Positions 21,308 to 30,998 of a stretch of DNA of 64,000 nt are shown piece by piece. Below the pieces are notes generated by a model, which was not told the DNA's origin, searched no databases, and worked only from the letters and a program-made list of their open reading frames with translations. Origin of the DNA: an uncultured delta proteobacterium (GTDB lineage: Bacteria; Desulfobacterota; RBG-13-43-22); NCBI GenBank assembly GCA_963790475.1, contig CAWBOS010000011.1, positions 64,001 to 128,000 of the forward strand, read 5' to 3'. Numbering within the stretch: position 1 is the first letter of the stretch; each line of letters begins with the position of its first letter. A program made the translations under genes and the position numbers.

Positions 21308-21461
21308 GAGGCTGAAGGGATTAGACTGTTAGGCTGAAGGTAAGACGTACAAAGGCTTTTAGACTGAAGGCTGAAGGTAAAACAAAAGAAATTCTTCTTG
21401 TTTTCTACCCCTTCCTTCAGTCTAACAACCTTCAGTCTTCAGCCTATCTACCTTCAGCCTG
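21308..21461. repeat. Periodic palindromic intergenic element (GGCTGAAG/CTTCAGCC type)
   Basis: Multiple aggctgaagg/agactgaagg units, then cttcagtct/cttcagcct units. Related copies at about 22650-22788 and 24441-24470. Confidence 0.75.
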
Positions 21462-21464
21462 CTT

Positions 21465-22628
21465 TTAGTTAAACGCCCTCATCCCCAGGGTTTCCCGGCC
21501 CACGATCAATTGCTGGATCTGGGTGGTTCCATCGGGAATGGTATAACAACGGGCATCCCGGAAATAGCGCTCCACGGGATATTCCTCCGAAAGACCGTAG
21601 GCCCCGTGGATCTGAATGGCTTTGGAAGTTACCCGAACCGCGGCTTCGGTGCAGAAGGCCTTGGAAAGCGAGCATTCCTTATAGCAGCGTACTCCCTTGC
21701 CCAATAAAAAGAAAGCCCGATAAGCCAGCATTCTTCCGGCATCGATATCGGCCATCATATCGGCGATCATGGCCTGGATCAGTTGGAATTGTCCGATGGG
21801 CTTGCCGAACTGGGTCCGCTCTTTGGCATAGCGGATAGCCGCATCCAGGGCCGCCTGGGAGATACCCACCGCGGAAATCGAGGCATTGGCCCGGGCGAAG
21901 TTCAACGAATCCAAAGGTTCTCCCTGGCTGTTTTCTTTAGGCCGGAGCAGGTTTTCTTTAGGAACCCGGCAATCTTCAAAAATCATTTCGGCCGTGGGAA
22001 AGGATTTGACCCCCAGCTTATGGATCTCCCGGGATGTAAAGGGGGATTGAGACTTTTCAACTAATATCTGACCGGGTTTCTGTTTCCCGGTTGCCGGATC
22101 CACCACCTTCAGGGTCACAATGGCATAGTCGGCAATCGTGCCGTTGGAAATCCACATCTTGGTCCCGTTAATCACATAATGGTCTCCCTCAGGGACGGCC
22201 TTGGTCTCTATGGCTGCCGTGTCTGAGCCCACATTAGGTTCGGTGATGGCGCTGCAGATAATGGTATCTCCGTTCAGAAGACCGGGAAGGATTCTTTTTT
22301 TCAATTCCAGGTTTCCACAATTGGCGATCCGGCCCGTCGAGGCCGAAGTAATGCCGGTGACCCCCCCGAGCGAGGCATATCCACGCCGGAGCTCTTCAAA
22401 AAGGATGGGCCATTCCATGTGGGTCAGTCCCGGCCCGCCGTCTTCCTCGGAAACTAACGTGCCCACGTAGCCGAACTCCTTGAGGTCCTTGAGGAAGCGG
22501 TGAGCGTTTTCCTTACTCATGGGACCCTTGCGGTCCATTTCATCGGCGATGGGCATGATCTTTTCATTGATGTACCGCGTGACCGTATCCTGCAGCATCT
22601 TTTGTTCGTCGCTAAAATCAAAATTCAT
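21465..22628 (-). CDS. Acyl-CoA dehydrogenase
   Basis: AITEPNVGSD, NGTKMWISNG, R.QFGKPI..FQ, QIHGAYG, IPDGT (Asp at the usual Glu position). Confidence 0.92.
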   Translation of the reverse strand: MNFDFSDEQKMLQDTVTRYINEKIMPIADEMDRKGPMSKENAHRFLKDLKEFGYVGTLVSEEDGGPGLTHMEWPILFEELRRGYASLGGVTGITSASTGRIANCGNLELKKRILPGLLNGDTIICSAITEPNVGSDTAAIETKAVPEGDHYVINGTKMWISNGTIADYAIVTLKVVDPATGKQKPGQILVEKSQSPFTSREIHKLGVKSFPTAEMIFEDCRVPKENLLRPKENSQGEPLDSLNFARANASISAVGISQAALDAAIRYAKERTQFGKPIGQFQLIQAMIADMMADIDAGRMLAYRAFFLLGKGVRCYKECSLSKAFCTEAAVRVTSKAIQIHGAYGLSEEYPVERYFRDARCYTIPDGTTQIQQLIVGRETLGMRAFN

Positions 22629-22793
22629 GTTGGTCTCCTTTTAGGTTTTTAGGCTGAAGGCTCCTGCCCGTCGCAGGGGCCGAAGGTAAAACAAGAGAAC
22701 CCTCATTTTACGCCTCTTCCTTCAGTCTAACGGCCTTTGGTCTTCAGTCTTCCTCCCTTCAGCCTAACAGCCTTCGGTCTTCAGCCTTGTTTC

Positions 22794-24398
22794 TTAATTA
22801 ATCTTCCTCCCCTTTCCTTTCCAATAGGGCTCCTTGAGATCTTTTCTCATGATCTTGCCGTTCTGATTTTTGGGAAGTTCTTCAATAAAGTCCACCGAGG
22901 TGGGTTTCTTATATCCGGCCAGATGCTTTTTGGAGAACTCGATAATCTCCTCTTCGCTGGCAGTCATCCCTTTTTTCAAAGAGACGGCGGCCTTGACCGT
23001 TTCTCCCCATTTTTCGTGAGGGACACCGAATACGGCCGCTTCCAGCACGGCCGGATGCATATAAAGCACATCCTCCACTTCCTTCGGATAGACGTTGAAT
23101 CCCCCCGAAACAATCATGTCGTCCTTCCGGTCCACTAAAAAGACATATCCATCCTGATCCTGATAACCCATGTCCCGGGTATGGAGCCATCCGCCGCGAA
23201 AGGTCTCGGCCGTGGCCGCGGGGTTTTTCCAATATTCCCGCATCACCTGGTCGGACTGGGCCACAATCTCTCCAATTTCTCCCGGCGGCAGGAAATTTCC
23301 CCCCTCGCCCATGATCCGCACCTTGGCCACGGTCACTTCTCTACCCACTGAAGCAAGACGCTTAAGCTTCTTGTCGGAACCATCCATGAGGTGATCTTCC
23401 TTGGTGAGTAAGGTCAGGGGCATGCTTCCTTCGGTCAAGCCGTATCCCTGGATAAAGACATTTCCGAAGGCGGCGATAGCCTTTTTCAAGACCTCCGGGG
23501 CAATAGGGGAGGCTCCGTAACGAATGGTCTTGAGGCTGCTTAAATCATATTTTTTTAAGTCCGGATGGTTCAGAAGCATGATTATCGTAGTTGGCACGAG
23601 ATAGAGGGTGGTCACCCTTTCCTTTTCAATGATTTGAAGAAGTTGTTCAGGGTCGAAACCGGGAAGCACAACCACCATGGCCCCGCGGATAAAATGGGGC
23701 AGGATCATGGAACCGCTGGCATGGGTAATCGGTGAGGTGAGAGCCACGACGTCTCCTTCTTGAATATTCAAACCGTCGATGAGCACATTATACATGCTCA
23801 TCATGGCCCCTCGGTTATCCTGGACTACTCCCTTGGGCCGGCCGGTCGTACCGGAGGTATAGGAGAGGCGATGAATATCCCGGTCGTTCATTTCCACGGC
23901 CGGCTCTTCCGGGGAGGACTTTGAAATAAGTTCTTCGTAAGAAAGCATTCCGGCCGAAGGTGTGCTGGTGATGCCGATGGTCCATTTTACTGTTGAGGCC
24001 TCGGGCAATATGGGTTTGATGACCTCGAGATATTCTTCCCCTACCAACAGGGCCCGGGCCTCGGAATTGTCGAGTATATAGAGATGCTCCCGGCCTGAAT
24101 TCCTTGAGTTCATGGGCACACGGACCAGGCCGGCGCACATCAGCCCGCAAAATGATTCAACGCCCTGATGGGAATTGGTTTGAAGTGTGGCCACCCGGTC
24201 TCCTTTTTTCAGTCCCAGCCCCAGAAAGGCGTTGGCCAGGCGGAAGGAACGGTCAAGCAAGTCTTTAGCGGTAATTCTTTTTTCCGGTGTGACCAGGATC
24301 TCTCTATCCGGGAACATGATGGCTGTTTTTGTCAATACATCGCTGGGGTTCATGTCTTTCCTTTCTTGGTAAGTCGTCAGGTCTACCTGCGCTGGCAC
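22794..24398 (-). CDS. Acyl-CoA synthetase / CoA ligase
   Basis: YTSGTTGRPKG, GYGLTE, TRD, SGGFNVYP, GKIMRK. Start may be 24353 (MNPSD). Confidence 0.92.
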   Translation of the reverse strand: MPAQVDLTTYQERKDMNPSDVLTKTAIMFPDREILVTPEKRITAKDLLDRSFRLANAFLGLGLKKGDRVATLQTNSHQGVESFCGLMCAGLVRVPMNSRNSGREHLYILDNSEARALLVGEEYLEVIKPILPEASTVKWTIGITSTPSAGMLSYEELISKSSPEEPAVEMNDRDIHRLSYTSGTTGRPKGVVQDNRGAMMSMYNVLIDGLNIQEGDVVALTSPITHASGSMILPHFIRGAMVVVLPGFDPEQLLQIIEKERVTTLYLVPTTIIMLLNHPDLKKYDLSSLKTIRYGASPIAPEVLKKAIAAFGNVFIQGYGLTEGSMPLTLLTKEDHLMDGSDKKLKRLASVGREVTVAKVRIMGEGGNFLPPGEIGEIVAQSDQVMREYWKNPAATAETFRGGWLHTRDMGYQDQDGYVFLVDRKDDMIVSGGFNVYPKEVEDVLYMHPAVLEAAVFGVPHEKWGETVKAAVSLKKGMTASEEEIIEFSKKHLAGYKKPTSVDFIEELPKNQNGKIMRKDLKEPYWKGKGRKIN

Positions 24399-24475
24399 AT
24401 TTTCTGTTATTGATTCCTTTTTTCTCGTTATGATTTTTATCTTCAGTCTAATAGCCTTCAGCCTTCAGTCCGCCT

Positions 24476-25615
24476 TCAAATCGCCCCTTCTTCCCTGAAT
24501 CTATCCACATCCTCCCGTCTGTATCCGGCCTTCAGCAGCACCTCCTCCGTGTGTTCCCCTAACTCCGGAGGGGGAGACTGCATCACGGCCGGCGTCTCCG
24601 ATAATTTTATGGGGAAGGCCACCTGTTTAATAGACCCGCCGGAAGGAATGGGAATCTCCTGAATCATTTTTCTAAAAATGACCTGGGGGTCTTCCAGGGC
24701 CTGTTCCGGTGTTTTGATGGGAGCCACGGGCACATCGGCCTCGATCAAAATTTTGATCCATTCGTCCCTGGTTTTTTGGGAAAACACCTCCTCAAGTTTC
24801 CCGACCAACTCTTTTCTCCGTTGATGCCTTTCCCGGCTCGGTATGCCTATATATTCGGGCAGGCCGCAAGCCTGGCACAAACGATCCCAGAACCAGTTTT
24901 CATGGGCGATGCCCAGGGTGAAAGGCTTTCCATCTCCGGCCTTGAATACCCCGTAACCGGCATCATAGGGTCGTTCGGATGAGCCGGTATTAAAAAACAG
25001 GCCAAAGCGTATGGACATCCAGGAAAGGAGGCCGTCAAACATGGACACGTCTATGTACTGACCTTGGCCGGTCTTTTCCCTGGCCATCAGGGCGGCCATG
25101 ATCCCGATGACGGCAAACATCCCCGAAGACAGGTCTCCGATGGCCACGCCGGGAGGCACATGGTTTCCATCTTTATCCCGGATGGAGTCGAGCATTCCGG
25201 CCATGGCCATATAATTCAGGTCATGGCCCGGCAGATCCCGGTAAGGTCCATCCTGACCGTAGCCGGAAATGGAACAGTAGATCAGGCGGGGATTGATCTC
25301 CTTCAAGGTTTCGTAATCCACCCCCAACCTTTTGACCACCCCGGGCCGGAAACCTTCGGTAAAGACATCGGCCTCCCGGACCAGGCGCTTAATGATCTCT
25401 GTGGCTGAAGGTTTCTTCAGGTCCAGGGTGATACTTTTCTTACTGCGATTGATCCCTTTGAAAAAACCGGGATTGGCCCGGGCCGGATCACCAATCCCCG
25501 GTTGTTCCACCTTGATGATCTCGGCACCCAGATCCCCCAGGAGCATGGAACAATAAGGCCCCGGGTATTGATGGGCGGAGTCTAATATCTTTATGCCTTC
25601 TAATGGTAAGGTCAT
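24476..25615 (-). CDS. CaiB/BaiF class III CoA-transferase
   Basis: PLEGIKILD, LGDLGAEIIKVE, NRSKKSI.LDLK, FRPGV, GHD, PELGEHT. Confidence 0.92.
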   Translation of the reverse strand: MTLPLEGIKILDSAHQYPGPYCSMLLGDLGAEIIKVEQPGIGDPARANPGFFKGINRSKKSITLDLKKPSATEIIKRLVREADVFTEGFRPGVVKRLGVDYETLKEINPRLIYCSISGYGQDGPYRDLPGHDLNYMAMAGMLDSIRDKDGNHVPPGVAIGDLSSGMFAVIGIMAALMAREKTGQGQYIDVSMFDGLLSWMSIRFGLFFNTGSSERPYDAGYGVFKAGDGKPFTLGIAHENWFWDRLCQACGLPEYIGIPSRERHQRRKELVGKLEEVFSQKTRDEWIKILIEADVPVAPIKTPEQALEDPQVIFRKMIQEIPIPSGGSIKQVAFPIKLSETPAVMQSPPPELGEHTEEVLLKAGYRREDVDRFREEGAI

Positions 25616-25674
25616 TTTTAAAAATCCTTCGCAGCCTTGTGAAACTTTAGGTGATTGAAAAAGAGTCATTATTC

Positions 25675-25849
25675 ACCGCTGAGACGCAGAGAGCGCTGAG
25701 AAATAATTTTATCGATTGCCGGTGAGGGGCCGGCAATCGATAAGCTTCGCTACCCTCCGGGTATTTGTTGGCCAACGGCCTGAGCTGTAATGTACAATCC
25801 CGCCTCTCACGGAATTGTACATTAATAATCCTCTGCGCTCTCTGCGTCT
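25675..25849. repeat. Structured palindromic element (CGCAGAG/CTCTGCG ends) interrupted by IS110; right end continues at 27450-27456
   Basis: ACCGCTGAGACGCAGAGAGCGCTGAG is the inverted partner (24/26) of the reconstituted CTCTGCGCTCTCTGCGTCT|CTGCGGT. Two internal hairpins. Confidence 0.8.
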
Positions 25850-25911
25850 GGTTTATTGTTGTCAAGAGTTTTTTAAATATTATTAAACAAACTGGTAACT
25901 ATCTTAGAGTG

Positions 25912-26064
25912 ACACCTTGCCCAACTCTGGTAATTTGAGAGTCTCAACAGAGCTCTAACCTTGCTTTATTGGGGTTAAGGTGCAAGCGGAGAGTTATTTA
26001 AGCTCTGCGAGAAGGTCGACTTAGTCGCCTTAGATGCCGCAAACGATAATCTCTCCGCTTACAC
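25912..26064 (-). ncRNA. Predicted IS110 bridge RNA in the non-coding end downstream of the recombinase
   Basis: Two stem/internal-loop domains; loop segments match the target (GCATCT, CGCAGAG) and the donor junction (AGCAAG, ACCAG). Confidence 0.65.
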
Positions 26065-26075
26065 GCTAAGAAGGT

Positions 26076-27335
26076 CTAAGCAGCCAGTTTTAACGTTGCT
26101 CCTTTTGAATAATTTTCCATATATTCGTTATGATCACGCACCAAGGCAAAAATAACACCGAGAAGCTTCCGGGCAATGGCTACCAGGGCCTTGATCTTGG
26201 GCATTCCTTGATCCAGATGCCTTTGATAGGCCGTATGCATCACTCCCCCTTTTCGAACCGTATTGATAGCGGCAAAAAAGAGGATTTTCCTAAGAAGCGA
26301 CCGGCCTCTTTTGGATATATGACGATTCCCTTGGTGCCTTCCAGAACTGATTTCAAAGAGGTTCAGTCCGGCCAACTTCAGGACTTCAGCCAGCGTATGA
26401 AATTTACGAAAATCCCCGACTTCTCCAATCAGTCCGGCGGTGGTAACCTCTCCTATCCCTTTCAAGGACAGAATCGAATGACTATAGGGGATCTCGGGAA
26501 GAAGGGCCGCCATCTCCTGTTCCGCCTTCTCAATAAACTGGTCAGAAGATTCAATCTCAGAAAGAAGTTCTCGTATCTCAAAAAGAATCGCCTTGCGGCC
26601 TTCTTGAAGACCTACGGAATGGCCAGCGGCCGCATAAAGGGCCGGGGCTCGCTCTTTATCCAGCTTCCCTCGGCTAACCCGTCTCAGCGTGGCCCTCAAG
26701 GTCCCAAGACCACATTGGATAATATCTTCCGGGCACGGATAATGCCGCAACAGATATTGGGCACTGCGGGTTTTAATATTCTTCATCACTTGCAGAAACT
26801 CGGGGAAGACAATAAAGACCAAATCCTGAATCTGGTTCAAAAGGCCCGTTCGTCTTCGTATGGCTCTCTCCCTGGCATGGGTCAGTCGGCGAAGTTCAGC
26901 TGCCGCGCCTTCGGGAATGACCACGGTAAGGGCATGACCCAGCTCAATAATATCCGCAATGACTTTGGGATCTTTCCTATCCGTCTTATTGGGCGAGTTA
27001 CCCTGGACTTCCTTCAACTTCTTCGTATGCATAGGATTAACCTGAACCAGTGTCACCGGCCGTTTCATCAGAAAATGTTGCAAGGGTTCTCCATAAGACC
27101 CGGTGGATTCAAAACCAACCACGATTTCTTCCAAGTGATTGGCCTCTTTGGCCTCAACCATCCGATTCCAAAATTTCGTAAATCCTTGATCATTATTGAA
27201 AAACTCAAAAGGTTTGATTTCCGTCCGGTCTGGACAGCGGCCATATCCCATATTGGTCGTTTTGCCTATGTCCACGGTACCGATAAGGGTTTTTTCATTG
27301 ACCTTCTTAAGTTTTTTTGTTTCAATCTTATTCAT
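26076..27335 (-). CDS. IS110 recombinase/transposase
   Basis: DEDD residues in DIGK, FESTG, KTDRKD; GIG, SSG and ISKRG...LR in the Tnp domain; A.ARKL. Confidence 0.95.
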   Translation of the reverse strand: MNKIETKKLKKVNEKTLIGTVDIGKTTNMGYGRCPDRTEIKPFEFFNNDQGFTKFWNRMVEAKEANHLEEIVVGFESTGSYGEPLQHFLMKRPVTLVQVNPMHTKKLKEVQGNSPNKTDRKDPKVIADIIELGHALTVVIPEGAAAELRRLTHARERAIRRRTGLLNQIQDLVFIVFPEFLQVMKNIKTRSAQYLLRHYPCPEDIIQCGLGTLRATLRRVSRGKLDKERAPALYAAAGHSVGLQEGRKAILFEIRELLSEIESSDQFIEKAEQEMAALLPEIPYSHSILSLKGIGEVTTAGLIGEVGDFRKFHTLAEVLKLAGLNLFEISSGRHQGNRHISKRGRSLLRKILFFAAINTVRKGGVMHTAYQRHLDQGMPKIKALVAIARKLLGVIFALVRDHNEYMENYSKGATLKLAA

Positions 27336-27501
27336 GGCTATACTCCTTTCCTTGGTTTGGGTTTAACCAACTTGCAAATTGGACCTCAAATCAAGAAAGA
27401 GTATAGCCTTTTTTGTACGGCTTAACTACTTTCTAAAATATAGCAAGCTCTGCGGTAAAAACATTTTTTCTAATAAATATTAATACGATTTTTCAAATTT
27501 C

Positions 27502-28278
27502 CTACTCTGTTTTAAATTGGGGTTTGCGTTTTTCGCGGAAGGCAAGAAGTCCTTCCATCCGGTTTTCTACGGCCGTGGGGGTGGACATCTCCTGAACGCT
27601 GATGGCCAGGTCCAGTTTCAGGGCCGTTTGGAGATCGACCTGCATCCCCTCATTGACGCACCTTTTGGCTATCTTCAGACCATGGGGGGGAAATTCCAGC
27701 ATGGTCTGGGCTAATTTCAGGGCCTCATCCAACAGGGAAGCCTCGGGAACGATTTTATTGATCAGACCGATCCGGTAGGCTTCTTCGGCGTCGATACGAC
27801 TGGCCGTATAGAGCATCTCTTTGGCTTTGGTGATACCCACTATTCGAGGCAGTCGTTGCATGCCTCCAGCACCCGGGACAGAACCGATCCGCAATTCCAC
27901 CAACCCGAATTTGGAGGATGGGGAAGCGACGCGCAAATCACAACACAGGGCCAATTCAAGTCCTCCCCCCAAGCAAAAACCGCTGATAGCGGCTATGAAC
28001 GGCCGATCGTCATCCTCAAACTTCTTAAACTGGTCCCGAGAGCTGGGCCGGGATTGCCCCGGAGGAAACTGTTCCTTGATATCGGCCCCGGCGCTGAAAC
28101 ACTTCTCTCCCCCGGTGATGATGATGACCCGGATGCTCCGGTCCTTTTCTATCTCTTCCCAGATGGCCTTCATCTCGGCCTGCATCCTGGTATTGATGCT
28201 GTTGAGATTTTCCGGCCGATTCATCGTCAGGACAGCTATGTCATTTTTCTTGTCAAAATTTATCGTCTCATTGGCCAT
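27502..28278 (-). CDS. Enoyl-CoA hydratase/isomerase
   Basis: NRPE.LN, FSAGADI, GGGLELAL.CD, E..IG.VPG.GG.QRL. Confidence 0.93.
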   Translation of the reverse strand: MANETINFDKKNDIAVLTMNRPENLNSINTRMQAEMKAIWEEIEKDRSIRVIIITGGEKCFSAGADIKEQFPPGQSRPSSRDQFKKFEDDDRPFIAAISGFCLGGGLELALCCDLRVASPSSKFGLVELRIGSVPGAGGMQRLPRIVGITKAKEMLYTASRIDAEEAYRIGLINKIVPEASLLDEALKLAQTMLEFPPHGLKIAKRCVNEGMQVDLQTALKLDLAISVQEMSTPTAVENRMEGLLAFREKRKPQFKTE

Positions 28279-28331
28279 TAGATAGTCCTCCTTGCTCTTA
28301 AGTCCTTATTGTGAGGAACAAGTAAAAAATC

Positions 28332-28432
28332 GTCACCCCGGCGAAAGCCGGGGTCCAGGAGCATTTTAACAACTGTAAAATACTGGATTCCGGCCGGAGT
28401 CTATCCCGCACCTGATGCGGGACCGGAATGAC
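28332..28432. repeat. REP-like element GTCACCCCGGCGAAAGCCGGGGTCCAG...CTGGATTCCGGC...CCGGAATGAC
   Basis: Bipartite palindrome with an inner CCCGCA-cctga-TGCGGG hairpin. Confidence 0.7.
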
Positions 28433-28490
28433 GTGATTTGGGTTTTGGCGACTTCTTACGAATCCCTTAATCGTCACACTTTCCTTTTCT

Positions 28491-29195
28491 TCAAGAAAGG
28501 TAGCTCTCTCTCAGTTCCGGATTGTCAAGCAATTCACTGCAGGGGCCTTGCATAACCACCTGCCCATTTTGCAGCACGACCCCTCGATTAGAAATCCGTA
28601 AAGCCATTTGGGCATCCTGTTCCACCAAGATAATAGCGGTGCCCGACTGGTTGATTTTTTTTGTAACCGTACCCACTTCCTTGCGTATAATAGGGCTCAA
28701 TCCCAGGGTAGGTTCATCCAGGACCAGTAATTTGGGACCGGCCATCAACCCGCGGCCGATGGCCAGCATTTGTTGCTCGCCTCCACTCAAGTTTCCCCCC
28801 AGTTGGTTTCTTCGTTCGCTGAGCACGGGAAAAATGTCGTAAACCTGTTCCAATGATTGTTCGATTTCTTTTTTCGACGGAGTCAGGTAGGCCCCGACTT
28901 TTAAATTTTCCAATACCGTCAGGGTCCCGAAAATTTCTCTCCCTTCCGGTACCTGGGCAATTCCCAACTTAACAATGGTATGAGGAGCAAGGCCGTTGAT
29001 TTTTTTCCCTTTGAACCAGATTTCTCCCCCCTCTGGCTCCACTAATCCACAAATAGTATTGGCCAAGGTCGTTTTCCCGGCCCCGTTTCCACCTAACAGG
29101 CAGACGATTTCTCCTTCCTCTATATCCAAAGAAACGCCTTGCAGGGCCTGGACCCCGCCGTAGTGCACCTTCAAATCTTTTATTTCAAGCAACAT
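28491..29195 (-). CDS. livF: Branched-chain amino acid-type ABC transporter ATPase
   Basis: GGNGAGKT, VPEGR, LSGGEQQML, LDEP.LGL, VEQ. Confidence 0.9.
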   Translation of the reverse strand: MLLEIKDLKVHYGGVQALQGVSLDIEEGEIVCLLGGNGAGKTTLANTICGLVEPEGGEIWFKGKKINGLAPHTIVKLGIAQVPEGREIFGTLTVLENLKVGAYLTPSKKEIEQSLEQVYDIFPVLSERRNQLGGNLSGGEQQMLAIGRGLMAGPKLLVLDEPTLGLSPIIRKEVGTVTKKINQSGTAIILVEQDAQMALRISNRGVVLQNGQVVMQGPCSELLDNPELRESYLS

Positions 29196-29214
29196 ATTTG
29201 CTCTCCACTTTTTC

Positions 29215-29982
29215 TCAACCTTCTTCCGTCCCCAGGTAGGCTTTGATCACTTCGGGATCTCGCTTTATGACTTCCGGCGATCCTTCGGCGATCTTTACGC
29301 CGTACTGGATCACAACGACGCGGTCACAGACCCCCATGACCATCTTCATATTGTGTTCCACCAGCACAATCGTCTTCTTCAATTCGGTTCTAAGGCGACG
29401 AATTTCTTCGGTCATGGCCAGGGCTTCCGGAGGGTTCATGCCGGCTACCGGCTCATCCAGCATTAAAATCTGGGCATCCGTGGCCAGGGCCATGGCTATA
29501 CCCAACATCTTCTGATATCCGTAGGGAATGTCCTTGGCGGCGATATCTTTCTTGTCTTCTAATTGTAATCTTTTCAGGGTGGACAGGCTTTTCTCCCGCA
29601 CCTCCTGTTCCCTGGCGCCATAGGACTTGGTATGCAACATGGTCTTCCAAAAGCCGGAATCTTTGTAGAGATGATGGGCCAGGATAAGGTTTCCAAGACA
29701 GGAAGTGGCCGGAAAAAGACCGGCTCCCTGGAAGGAACGAACGACCCCTTTTCGAGCGATAGCATCCGGTCTCATACCGACCAGGCTTTTTCCCCGGAAA
29801 ACGATATCCCCCTGGGTCGGTTTTATAAATCCGGAAATAATATTGAAGAGGGTCGTTTTCCCCGCCCCATTAGGCCCGATGATCCCCAAGATTTCCCCTT
29901 CCCGGACTTCGATGTCGACCAGGCTCAAGGCCCTTAATCCCTTAAAATCTCGGGATACCCTTTTGATTTCTAAAATAGCCAT
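29215..29982 (-). CDS. livG: Branched-chain amino acid-type ABC transporter ATPase
   Basis: GPNGAGKTT, PYG.QK, LDEP.AGMN, EH.M, AYLG. Confidence 0.9.
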   Translation of the reverse strand: MAILEIKRVSRDFKGLRALSLVDIEVREGEILGIIGPNGAGKTTLFNIISGFIKPTQGDIVFRGKSLVGMRPDAIARKGVVRSFQGAGLFPATSCLGNLILAHHLYKDSGFWKTMLHTKSYGAREQEVREKSLSTLKRLQLEDKKDIAAKDIPYGYQKMLGIAMALATDAQILMLDEPVAGMNPPEALAMTEEIRRLRTELKKTIVLVEHNMKMVMGVCDRVVVIQYGVKIAEGSPEVIKRDPEVIKAYLGTEEG

Positions 29983-29993
29983 ACCCTTTCCCT

Positions 29994-30998
29994 TTAACCC
30001 GGAGGCCCCTGGACCGACAAGCTTTTCTCCTGCTTTTTAAAAAGGGTTTTCACCTTCGCCGGAAGGCTGAGGAGACCCTCGGGAAGGATGAAGGTAACCA
30101 GAATAATGACACCCCCGTAAAAAATGTAGACCCAGCGGGCATCGACGTTGAGCAACCAGGATTCGATCATGACCATCAAGAACCCCCCCAGCATCCCTCC
30201 CAGAGCCACTGATGCGGCTCCGCCTACGGTGGCCTGAATCTGAACAATGATGGATTGGAGAACGGAGTAACTTCCGGGATAGAGACAACCATAGTAGTGG
30301 GCGGTGAAGGCCCCGGCAACTCCGGCAAAAAAACAGGCGGTCACAAAATTGATCACTTTGTATTTTCGCGGATAGACCCCCAGGCTCTCGGCCAGGTCCT
30401 CATTTTGCGGAAGGGACTTAAAAATTCGGCCGAGAGCTGAACGATCCATACGCCACATAAATAGCCCGCTGACTAAGAGGATCAGCAGCAAGATGTAATA
30501 ATTGGAAAAAGGAGAATCGAACTGAATCCTGCCCCATCCGGGGAGAGTCAGAGGATTGAATTTGGGTATTTCCAGAATGCCTCCGTGGCCGCCGAAAAAT
30601 TCCAGACTTGAAAAAATTAAGCGGACCACTTCGGCAAAAGCAAAGGTGATGATGGATAACGATAGCCCCCGGATTTTAAGAACGACCATCCCCAGGGCCC
30701 AGGCTACCAATCCGGAGGCGACTCCTCCGCCCAGAAGCCCAATCCAGGGACTGATCCCGAGCTTCTGGCCCAAAAGAGCCGAGGTATAAGCCCCAATGGC
30801 CAAAAAGGCCACCTGCCCCAGGCTTAAACAACCGATCCGTAAGATCATCAGCCAGCCCATGGCCAGGATACTGGCTACCCCGCAACTGATAAACATACCA
30901 ATACGGGCCGGGTTGGGAAAAATAATCGGTAGGAGAATCAGTACCAGAATCAGGACGATCAGTCCCAACCCCTTTGGGTTTCTTTTAATGAAACTCAT
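29994..30998 (-). CDS. livM: Liv-type ABC permease
   Basis: LSLGQ.AF..IGAY, NE.LAESLG, PEGL; hydrophobic. Confidence 0.85.
   Translation of the reverse strand: MSFIKRNPKGLGLIVLILVLILLPIIFPNPARIGMFISCGVASILAMGWLMILRIGCLSLGQVAFLAIGAYTSALLGQKLGISPWIGLLGGGVASGLVAWALGMVVLKIRGLSLSIITFAFAEVVRLIFSSLEFFGGHGGILEIPKFNPLTLPGWGRIQFDSPFSNYYILLLILLVSGLFMWRMDRSALGRIFKSLPQNEDLAESLGVYPRKYKVINFVTACFFAGVAGAFTAHYYGCLYPGSYSVLQSIIVQIQATVGGAASVALGGMLGGFLMVMIESWLLNVDARWVYIFYGGVIILVTFILPEGLLSLPAKVKTLFKKQEKSLSVQGPPG

Larger units (their letters stand above)
25850..27449 (-). mobile_element. IS110-family element, 1,600 bp, CT core
   Basis: CT at both 25848-25849 and 27448-27449. Removing the element restores the host palindrome. 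Confidence 0.88.

Noticed and set aside
21308-21461. CRISPR array
   Set aside because: Units are 7-10 nt and inverted, with no unique spacers and no cas genes.
26130-27425. 431-aa ORF antisense to the IS110 recombinase
   Set aside because: Shadow frame of the transposase; no motifs or RBS.
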